In this document: positions 56,601-64,000 of the stretch, piece by piece
Numbering within the stretch: position 1 is the first letter of the stretch
Layout: every line of letters starts with the position of its first letter
IMG/VR virus record: IMGVR_UViG_3300028048_000063
Span: 1 to 64,000 of that record
From: a virus
Lineage: Duplodnaviria; Caudoviricetes
Reading direction: 5' to 3' (one strand)
Length of the DNA: 64,000 bases
Made by a program: the position numbers and the translations under genes
The notes under the pieces: generated by a model
The model's input: the letters and a program-made list of their open reading frames with translations, nothing else
The model's database searches: none
Told to the model about the DNA's origin: nothing

Positions 56601-59600
56601 AGACCTGCCCCAAGCAATGCGCCGACACCCGTCGCCATTAAAGCTGTGCCTACTGCCATCATAGCCGCACCACCTACAGTAGCTGCTACTGTGCCTCCGT
56701 GGTTTTTACCACTTAAAGCATCTGCTTTACCTTCGTTGGAAAGTCCTGTAGCAGAGTCATATCCTTTTTGACCTTTTCTATATGCAAGATACTTATTTTT
56801 ACTTATATCAGTATTTTGTTGCTTGTATAATGCGGCTTCCCTTGCTTTAGCATTCGCTTCATTTTCTGTTTGTAATTGTGCTATTTTTAGCCTTCTAGCA
56901 GCATCTTTTCTCTCTTTTTCGTTACCGTTTTCATATTTATCTAATAAAGAATATACTGTTTCTCCTCCTAACTTTTGTTGTATTTTAAGACGAGCTTCTT
57001 GATTATCTTCATTATATAATGTTGATGTAATTGCTTCTATGGCTTCTCTCATTTTTTCTGAACTAAAGTTATCGTTAGAAGCAATATCAGATAATGTATT
57101 AACGCTACCTGAAATATCTTTCATAGCTGAAACAATTTTAGATGATTTTTCGGCTAATGTATCCATGCTGTCTTTGACGCGATCAATAGATGCCATTACT
57201 TTTTGAGCATGGGCTTCGCCAATAATCTGGCCCACAACAGGAACTAAAGTTGTCCATGCTTGAGCGATTTTACCACCTTGCTTACGTGCTGCTTCACTAG
57301 ATTGTACATCCTTCCCTTCTGCGTTTTTATGTGTCTGTCCAATCATTTGATATGCTGTCCATCCAGCCATAACTTGATTAAGAGCAATAGATGCGCCAGC
57401 TACAGCTGCACCTGCAGCAGCACCGCCACCACCAGCTTTAGCTACGCCTTTAGAGAAATTGGCTGATACTTTACCACGGAAGGTATTTGGAGATAATGCT
57501 TTTGAAGCTTTACCTGGTCCAATAGATCCAACAGATGCTGGCTGTTGCATATTCCAAATTTGGCTAGCTTTTTTAAGATCTCTATTTTTTAATAATGCTC
57601 CCCATGCACGAATTTTTCTAGTACGATATAATTGATTCTCTTTTGCAGTATTAGCATATTGTGTATTATAACGATCAATATCTGTCGCTGTTAAATTAGA
57701 CAAATCACCTTTTTCTTTTGCTGCTAATGTATCATTAAATTTAGATTGATAATATGCTTTAGCATGATCAGAAGGTGTACCTTTTTCTAAATCAGAATAA
57801 TATTGCAATTTAGAATCAAATACGCTATTAACAAGAGTGTTGTTTTTAGCACCAGTGCCCATATTTAATCCGGTTGAAACTACAGCGCCTGTATTATTAA
57901 CATTGTTAGCTTGCCCACCTGTGCCTAGGAAACCTCGAATACGTTGTTGTAATTTTTGACGCATTGTTAACGTATTATTCGATCCGCCACTTGTTAAACG
58001 TTTGGCTAAGACACCAGCTTCTCCTCTTAAGAACATTCTCATCTTGCTACCAAAATTTAAACCTTGAGGAAGATCTGATATTCTACCAAAAACATCTTTT
58101 CCTAAAATTTTATTTAATCCTTTAGCGATAAATGATTTGCCAGATAATGCTCTGAAGTTTTGTATAGTAAAGAAGATATTAACTAAATGCTTAATTAATT
58201 TTGGTAATAACTCGACAAGTTTAGTGCCAAATTTTACTATTTTTGTTAATAATTCATTGACCTCAGATCTGTTCATGAAGTCTTGCAATGCCGCGGTAAA
58301 TGAGTTTTTAGCTGCTTCAAAAGATTCTTGGTATGCATTACCATACTTCTTTTCAGCAGTACCTTTAGAATTTTCTGAAACTTCTAATAAATCTTCATAT
58401 TTATCCCAGTTTTGTAATAATGTTACGAAAGCTTCTTGTTGTCTAATACCAGCAAAAGCGGTAGCAACGGCTTTTTGAGAAACTCTATCTAGGGTTCCCC
58501 ATTTTTCTGCAATCTCACCTAAAACTTCGTCGAAATCTTTAAATTCAAGGTTACTCTTTCTAATAGAGATACCGAGTTTATTTAAAACTCTTTCAACATC
58601 GTTGATATTTACACTTTCATCTGAAGATTCAGAATCGACATTTAATTTACCATAAGCACCAGCTTTAACATTACCATAACGTGAAATAATAGTTTTTAAA
58701 GCCTGACCAGCACTTGATCCTGACATCTGTGTTACGTCAGAAATTGTTGCTACATATGCAGCAGCTTGGTCGATGTTTACACCTGCCAAACTACCTAAGT
58801 TAGCAAATTGTGCTAAACCTTGTGCAATTTCACCAGCAGATGTTGCTGCCTTCATATCAATAGCTGTTAATTTATCAACAACATCCATTGATTCAGAAGC
58901 TTGTAACTTGAACCCCTTCAACGCACTTGTTAAGCTTTGTGTTGCTGTAGAAGCATCCATCATACCTAACTTGCTTAAATACATTGAGGATTTAACAAGA
59001 TCAAGAACTTCTGCAGTCTCATAACCCTGTCTCAACCATTCTACAGCACTACTTGCAACTTCTGTTGTTGTTGCCCCTATAGCTTTACCAAGGTTTGCAT
59101 ACTCTGTAATTAAAGCTCTCGTACTTGTTTTACTATCACCAGTAACGATTCGCAAATTTGCCATAACTTTATCAAGAGCTATAGCTTGAGCGATTAACTT
59201 AGATATACTTTGTATTAATCTCCTTAAAACCATATGGAGACCATAGCCTTTGGCTAATCCAGCTACAGTTGCGCCGATTTTGCCTTCAAAACGATCAATG
59301 ACACCAGGTTTATTATTTAAGACTTTTAGTCTTTCACTATATAACAACCTAGCTTTATCTTCTTCTAAAGCATTTTGATCGTCTTTGCCTTCATGCTTAG
59401 ATTGTAATTCATAATTTTGTTTTTCTTGCTCTGCAACTTCAAGACGAGCTTGTAATTCTTCACGTTCGATTTGTAATAATCTTCTCTGTGTAGGATCTGT
59501 CGTTCTATTATAACTTTCAGTATTTTTATCTAAATTAAATAATGCTTCATAATATCCACCGTATGCCTTGAAAGCTGCTGATTGACGCTGTGTTTTTCCT

Positions 59601-62600
59601 TGTGCTATACCTAATTTAGTAAGTCCTTCTGCTGTTTGATCAACATATGCAGCATTTGGGGCACTCTTTTGAATATTATCGAGAATATTTTGTAATCTAG
59701 TTTTTTCTGCTTGTGTTAAACCTTTCTTAGTAGCTAAAACTTTTTGAATATTCTTTTGATAGCTATCGATATAGTTATTGATTTCTGTGTCTAGTGTATT
59801 CTTTATATTATTTAACTCTAACTCTAGTCTACTTCTCTCTTCTGGGCCTAGTATAGCATTCTCATCATTTAATTGTTTATCAATAATAGCATATCGTTGC
59901 TCAAGACTTGATTTTTGACTGTATAGTTCTTGTAAATCACTTAAGTTATCATATACACCCTGTTTCTTTTGTAATGCTTGGATAGTTTTTAATTTTTGTT
60001 TATATGTTTTAAAACTAGTAGTATCTCCACCGAGCGACTTATCTCCATATATAGCTTCTTCTCTGTCTATTATAACTTGATTTAAAGCAATTGCATCAGA
60101 TAGCGCTGTGATTTGTTCATCTATCTCACTAGTATCACGCCCATTCTTAGCTAAGCCTGTTTGTTTAATTTTTAATTCGTCTAACGCTTTTTGATATTTT
60201 ATATTTTCTTTTTGCGCTTTAAACCACTTATTTAGGCCGAATGTTCCTTGTCTGTGTTGTTGCTTCCAGTCATTATCTGTTGAGCTATTTATTACAGTAT
60301 TAAATCGTTGTTTAAACGTATCAAAGTCGTCAGTCATTAAAGAATGAACCAAAATTCCTGCATCTTTATCGCTTAAACCTATTTCTGTAAAACTCTTAAT
60401 CATATCTTGCTGTGAAGCAAATTTCCCCGCTCTAACGATACCTAAAGCTTCTAAAATACCATTAGTACCTTTGTTAGTGAAGAAATTATCACGCAACTGT
60501 GTTAACTCTGTTTGTTCCTCTGGGGTGATTGTATGATCCGCTTTTTTATCTTCTAAAGCGTTCATTCTTAATGCATCGTTTCTGTATTTCACCATAGCTT
60601 TATGGGCCGCTAATTGCTGAGCTTTTAATTGCGTTGTGGTACCGCTTCCTTGTGATGATACAGATGTAATATATTGTTGAACGTGTTGTAATGCTTGGAT
60701 TTGTTCTGCTTCGTCTTTATAAATAGCACTACTAGGATTTTTACGCATTCTGGCGAATATCTCTTGAACGAAAGGATCTTGAATGGCTCTCTTAAGATCT
60801 ACACGACTAGCTTCTGTAATACCAGTCATTGCACCTTTATTTAAGAATATTTCAATATCGTCTGCCAATCCAGCCATTGTTAAAATTTCTTGTACTGTCT
60901 TAGCATCTCCACCATTTAATGTATATAACGCTTCCCAGATATCGGCACCTTTACCAACTGATTTTCCATCAGTATAACCTCTGAAGCTACCTTTTGCGCC
61001 AAAAAGCGAGTCAAGAAGTTTTTGGTTCTTTTGAGTAATATGTCCTTTACCTGTCCTGGTATCAGTTCGAATTTTACGTAAAACAGATTTTTCTTGATTT
61101 GTTAATGTTTCTTCTAAGATACCTTGCAATCCAGTAGCCATAGAAGCATAGAACATTGTTTGTAAAATATTAGTTCCGGTCGGAGCCCCGGCTTTATTGG
61201 CAGTTTTAATATCCCCAATACTCCAAATTAATCTACCAGTTTGCTCAGCTTTAACCTGCGTTTGTAATTTATCTAAAACTTGTTTTTCATCTTTAGATAA
61301 TTTACTCTTATCTACACTAGCTAACGCTTTTTCTAAATTATCTCTTGATAAATTTTCAGTATCGCCAGGTACCCACTGATAAGCAGCAGCTTCTGCCGCC
61401 AATGATTGCCAATATGTTGAGCCAACATCTCGTCTCCCCCAACCAAAAATAGAATTATCAATACGGCCATAGCCTCTACCATAATCTGTTAAAGCCCCTA
61501 TCAGTCCAACTTCAGAACTAAACTTAGCATTTTTCAATGCCTTAGCGTCAATTGTTGTCCTACCTCCTTGGGTTTTAGTTAAACCAAGAGCTCTAATAGT
61601 ATTCACGGCTAATGATAAACCTAATTTTTTAAGATCATTTTCTGCATCTAAAAGATCAGAAGCCACACCAGTTGGATTATATCTCCTCATGACGTCAAAA
61701 TATTTTTTTATTTGTACGCCAGCACCACCATGGTCTTCTTTATCTTTTTGATTGGGTTTTTTATTCCACTTTGTGTTTAAAGTGGTACCAATCTTTTCAT
61801 TTAATTTCGTAACTTCATCATCCGTAATTGTATCAAAAAGACCTTTACTAAATATATCCATTAATTCAGCTGGACTTTCTAAAAGATCTTGTGCAATTTT
61901 ATGAGCAATATTACCTTTTTCAATAATTCTAAATGTATTTAAATATTGCTTTTGTGCTTCTAATGAACCAAAATCTAAATTTTTATCAACAATATCTCTG
62001 GTTTGTGCTTCATAATCGTAATGATTTTTGTTGTAATAATATGGTAATGTATTACCTAAAATACGAGTAGGGGTTAAAGCGCTCTTATCAAAATCGAAAC
62101 TCCCACCTTTAGCAGCAAAACCTTTATATGCTGCCATGGTATTTAATCCCATACTTCTACGATTAAATAATTGTTCAGTAGCTTGTTTATTTATTTCGTT
62201 TAATTCTAATTCTTGCTGTTTAAGACTTACGGAATCTAAATAGTCTTGTGTAAACCAGAACGTTTTACCATCGTCTGATATGATCGCCCCATTAGCAATC
62301 ATCTTTTGAATTTGCTCGTCAGTAAATCGACCATTTGGTCCAGCTGCTTTACCAACATTAAAAAACGTATTTTCTGAAGCTTTATAAATTGTAGCAGCTT
62401 TTGGTAAAATAGCACGCTTGTTAGCCCATATGTCGGTTAAAGATGCGGCCTTAATTGTTTTACCATTTTCACCTAAAATAGATATTGGATTTTTCTTTAA
62501 TGCACTATTTAAATAATCTACAGCATTGCCTATACTGTTTTCTGTTATTTTAATATTACTTAAAGCTTTTTCTGCTTTCTTTGGATCTATAAATTCATGT

Positions 62601-64000
62601 TGATCATTCATCTTTAGATCAGGCAATATACTCTTTAATGTATTACCATCTAACCCAAAAATGCTACCTAAACCGTTTAAATACCCTGTCTGATCTTGAA
62701 ATTTTTCGGCCAATAATAACATTTCAGCAATTGGCAAAATTCCCAATCTGGTTTGAGCTTGATCGTCCCCGAATAATCCTAATCTACCGCTTTTAAAAAT
62801 CCCAGCTTTTTGTGCTTTTTTAATAATGTTCTTAACTTTTGCACCGCTATCCCATGTGTTTTTATCATTGATTGCGGCGTATAAATCTGATAACTGACTT
62901 TCGAATCCAATTGCTTCATCTGCTGACATCTTTTTTGCAGATATACTCGCTTGTTCAAATATACTTAAAAAATGCCCTAATAAGTTTGATGCCGCAGAGA
63001 ACTTACTTTCTTCTGCCGTGCCCCATGACGATGACTTATCATGCATAGCATTCATGAATCCTTGACGAACATTACTAAACATACCAACATATGCCTTACC
63101 AGTCTTAGTTAAAATAACATCTCGTGCCTGGTCTTCTTCTGATGGGAATAAGTCCTCTAATGTTTTTTTATCTGGTGTCTTAGGACGTCCTTCGTTAAAT
63201 AAACGTTCGTATGCAGTCAATCTTGCTACAGTATCTTGCATAGCTTTTACTTTATCAAGCTGACCCGCACCAACAAGTGCACCAACAAGTGTGTCTCCAT
63301 CAAAGTCTGCGTTTAATAATCTAATTAAAGATTCATCACCGCCTACTATACTATGTTTTTCTTTACCCCATAAAGGGTTAACTAACAATTTTGCAGCTAA
63401 AACGTCTTTATCACCTAATAAACTTGGATATCTATTAAGCAAAACAGCTAAACCTCTAGATAAACTTTGGTCTGTACCTTTACCAAGAGTTATGCTATCA
63501 ATAATTTTATTTTTTAGCCAGCCTTGTTGAGATCTTACTAATCGTTTGTCAAATCCTTCTTTATCCTTATTTTCTTCTACAAATTTTTGTAATCCTGTGT
63601 CCATTTGGGCTTGTACTTCTTCTTTTGTTAAACCCATAATGTCCATATAGTAAGCCATTAATTGATCTGACCATCCTTCAACTTCACCTTCTGCTGGACT
63701 AAGAAGTTGATTCATCATATGTCTGGAGACAACTATAGCATTCTTTGTATATGCCTGTAAATTTGCATTTACATCTATAGGAACGCCAGCTTGTTGTGCT
63801 TGCGCTTGTCTCTGCATTATCTTATCATAATCAATTGTTGCAAAGTCAATAACTTTTCCTTGGAAGGAATGTCCTAAAGCAACTTTAGTAGCTTGGTCAT
63901 ATGTAGAAGAATCTTTTAATGTCAATTGTTCTAATTCTTTATCACGAAGTTCTTGAACTTTTTCTGCTGCTTTTGTTGCTATTTCTTTTCTATTTGTTCC
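53675..64000 (-). CDS. giant tape-measure protein fused to a double-psi beta-barrel RNA-polymerase region and a PD-(D/E)XK nuclease-like domain (5'-truncated)
   Basis: Frame open to the window edge; VLLNRYPSL and NADFDGD; GNIAH/GRID/GDIKT/QTMFY; TP901-type TMP core (EVASSAVEWLRQG...VVDKLTAID...SGSSAGQALKTIISR); TM segments; C-terminal INELGTEAIITP. Confidence 0.88.
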   Translation of the reverse strand, partial: GTNRKEIATKAAEKVQELRDKELEQLTLKDSSTYDQATKVALGHSFQGKVIDFATIDYDKIMQRQAQAQQAGVPIDVNANLQAYTKNAIVVSRHMMNQLLSPAEGEVEGWSDQLMAYYMDIMGLTKEEVQAQMDTGLQKFVEENKDKEGFDKRLVRSQQGWLKNKIIDSITLGKGTDQSLSRGLAVLLNRYPSLLGDKDVLAAKLLVNPLWGKEKHSIVGGDESLIRLLNADFDGDTLVGALVGAGQLDKVKAMQDTVARLTAYERLFNEGRPKTPDKKTLEDLFPSEEDQARDVILTKTGKAYVGMFSNVRQGFMNAMHDKSSSWGTAEESKFSAASNLLGHFLSIFEQASISAKKMSADEAIGFESQLSDLYAAINDKNTWDSGAKVKNIIKKAQKAGIFKSGRLGLFGDDQAQTRLGILPIAEMLLLAEKFQDQTGYLNGLGSIFGLDGNTLKSILPDLKMNDQHEFIDPKKAEKALSNIKITENSIGNAVDYLNSALKKNPISILGENGKTIKAASLTDIWANKRAILPKAATIYKASENTFFNVGKAAGPNGRFTDEQIQKMIANGAIISDDGKTFWFTQDYLDSVSLKQQELELNEINKQATEQLFNRRSMGLNTMAAYKGFAAKGGSFDFDKSALTPTRILGNTLPYYYNKNHYDYEAQTRDIVDKNLDFGSLEAQKQYLNTFRIIEKGNIAHKIAQDLLESPAELMDIFSKGLFDTITDDEVTKLNEKIGTTLNTKWNKKPNQKDKEDHGGAGVQIKKYFDVMRRYNPTGVASDLLDAENDLKKLGLSLAVNTIRALGLTKTQGGRTTIDAKALKNAKFSSEVGLIGALTDYGRGYGRIDNSIFGWGRRDVGSTYWQSLAAEAAAYQWVPGDTENLSRDNLEKALASVDKSKLSKDEKQVLDKLQTQVKAEQTGRLIWSIGDIKTANKAGAPTGTNILQTMFYASMATGLQGILEETLTNQEKSVLRKIRTDTRTGKGHITQKNQKLLDSLFGAKGSFRGYTDGKSVGKGADIWEALYTLNGGDAKTVQEILTMAGLADDIEIFLNKGAMTGITEASRVDLKRAIQDPFVQEIFARMRKNPSSAIYKDEAEQIQALQHVQQYITSVSSQGSGTTTQLKAQQLAAHKAMVKYRNDALRMNALEDKKADHTITPEEQTELTQLRDNFFTNKGTNGILEALGIVRAGKFASQQDMIKSFTEIGLSDKDAGILVHSLMTDDFDTFKQRFNTVINSSTDNDWKQQHRQGTFGLNKWFKAQKENIKYQKALDELKIKQTGLAKNGRDTSEIDEQITALSDAIALNQVIIDREEAIYGDKSLGGDTTSFKTYKQKLKTIQALQKKQGVYDNLSDLQELYSQKSSLEQRYAIIDKQLNDENAILGPEERSRLELELNNIKNTLDTEINNYIDSYQKNIQKVLATKKGLTQAEKTRLQNILDNIQKSAPNAAYVDQTAEGLTKLGIAQGKTQRQSAAFKAYGGYYEALFNLDKNTESYNRTTDPTQRRLLQIEREELQARLEVAEQEKQNYELQSKHEGKDDQNALEEDKARLLYSERLKVLNNKPGVIDRFEGKIGATVAGLAKGYGLHMVLRRLIQSISKLIAQAIALDKVMANLRIVTGDSKTSTRALITEYANLGKAIGATTTEVASSAVEWLRQGYETAEVLDLVKSSMYLSKLGMMDASTATQSLTSALKGFKLQASESMDVVDKLTAIDMKAATSAGEIAQGLAQFANLGSLAGVNIDQAAAYVATISDVTQMSGSSAGQALKTIISRYGNVKAGAYGKLNVDSESSDESVNINDVERVLNKLGISIRKSNLEFKDFDEVLGEIAEKWGTLDRVSQKAVATAFAGIRQQEAFVTLLQNWDKYEDLLEVSENSKGTAEKKYGNAYQESFEAAKNSFTAALQDFMNRSEVNELLTKIVKFGTKLVELLPKLIKHLVNIFFTIQNFRALSGKSFIAKGLNKILGKDVFGRISDLPQGLNFGSKMRMFLRGEAGVLAKRLTSGGSNNTLTMRQKLQQRIRGFLGTGGQANNVNNTGAVVSTGLNMGTGAKNNTLVNSVFDSKLQYYSDLEKGTPSDHAKAYYQSKFNDTLAAKEKGDLSNLTATDIDRYNTQYANTAKENQLYRTRKIRAWGALLKNRDLKKASQIWNMQQPASVGSIGPGKASKALSPNTFRGKVSANFSKGVAKAGGGGAAAGAAVAGASIALNQVMAGWTAYQMIGQTHKNAEGKDVQSSEAARKQGGKIAQAWTTLVPVVGQIIGEAHAQKVMASIDRVKDSMDTLAEKSSKIVSAMKDISGSVNTLSDIASNDNFSSEKMREAIEAITSTLYNEDNQEARLKIQQKLGGETVYSLLDKYENGNEKERKDAARRLKIAQLQTENEANAKAREAALYKQQNTDISKNKYLAYRKGQKGYDSATGLSNEGKADALSGKNHGGTVAATVGGAAMMAVGTALMATGVGALLGAGLLAGGAVLSTVGSAAIGTKETEAAIAKKQEEEFQEWNAKNVFEKEEDLRNERNQILQDIDNKVEGAEARLTSVDEMLSVISDTTSMILQNIKTTNKERTREAIAQAQFIKDSQTNQWRLATEEERLAGVGSFIDELSDEQKKNIGASTIIKLVADQLLESGALQGYYTFTDKDNPAGDVTEYAKQMIESELSAADEGFEKVLSGKAYTLSETLRQDAADEYVQRRLQNFANALGVSVDELASMESSQGMLKLSEILQSTTEDVTSIEEYGSLMSEIADSTKSATKWMSELVSKYPELIAYMSDTPRLMEQIMKKIGGLIEAGFNSQFSELMNSSAFYEELKTKDDVGYATIKSGINKIRETDAKKAQDIEDLIETIGAENLQKLWDRVLGYDESVSGVTELKQIIKEVGDEYNIVSDAYKEFLQRYAETQSKELEKQLSNLEAQKSALQEINKQREYQNQLIEAQLRLDNALNEKQRVYRAGVGFVYEADQGAIAKAQEDLENVQQNKQISMLEQQTNILQTIKDQWDNMYAEQTLELQRKESEAFEEYILKSGEGGFQNNMTGLASASAATQGSVKKLSDMLEDKFGTQEEQANKAVDEAAKLLLEYENTGTADALLKYQKQAKKAESLGGTMNQIQAAAINQYQGNKDQYSNISYSETEGLTSTFGKQPGEKASVINAGSAKTQTTGLEKYDATVYNLGDKGDWVRTLYDSEQNEATSIANWIVQDIFQDHGGGADAWSGGNGFQTEENAIAFVLNADGTVNHYNLKEVAGYKGRNMWKDYKNLRTPEKLFKQLSQDVSLTSGQQLIIGGMLGGHEYVLVNSDGSYTALKVAKNVGTDWVSGGLVHSDTAKEHKYGTLGINGIQTSLINELGTEAIITPSGTITALPSRTGIVPADITKNLWALGEVAPAILRLIGPSIMPDHIGSSQADVVDESFNINSLTMNVTADGSFDAEAFVDSIKTRANLTKNMRRS

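Noticed and set aside
63293-63313. DFDGD as a calcium-binding FG-GAP/EF-hand-like repeat
   Set aside because: Single occurrence, full NADFDGD context, and preceded at suitable spacing by LNRxPxL, which fits an RNAP active site.
7515-63530. Numerous short plus-strand ORFs antisense to the long minus-strand genes
   Set aside because: Shadow ORFs with no RBS or recognisable motif, fully overlapping well-supported genes.
1-64000. Alternative genetic code (stop-codon reassignment)
   Set aside because: Genes are long and tightly packed in code 11. TAG, TGA and TAA all end genes directly before the next RBS, and no suppressor tRNA is present.

Overview
This 64-kb, AT-rich window is part of a large lytic tailed dsDNA phage read in genetic code 11. 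GGAGG ribosome-binding sites and sigmaA-type promoters suggest a Bacillota host (inference). Layout: (i) 1-4.3 kb, small plus-strand early/host-interaction-type genes ending at a terminator. (ii) 4.3-6.9 kb, two repeat-rich non-coding blocks (strand switch; candidate terminus/origin). (iii) 6.9-47.6 kb, minus-strand accessory and replication genes: SF2 helicase-nuclease, three tRNAs plus a tmRNA-like RNA, dNMP kinase, ClpP, TopA, metallophosphoesterase, dUTPase, cysteine desulfurase, RecD2, a split DnaE, Cas4/RecB-like nuclease, primase, DnaB with an intein, Sak-like recombinase, exonuclease and SSB. These genes follow a family of stereotyped promoters. (iv) 47.7-64 kb, tail module. Four highlights. 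(1) A >3440-aa protein, open at the window edge, joins a double-psi-barrel RNA-polymerase catalytic region (LNRYPSL...NADFDGD), a PD-(D/E)XK nuclease-like domain and a tape-measure domain, i.e. a candidate injected virion RNAP. (2) An 81-nt tmRNA reduced to its alanine-accepting tRNA-like domain, with no mRNA-like domain. (3) A DNA polymerase III alpha gene split, without intein, into two separately expressed halves around a 2060-aa BspA-type leucine-rich-repeat gene. (4) An Ala1 class-3 intein in the DnaB P-loop. All calls come from reading motifs by eye; no searches were run.
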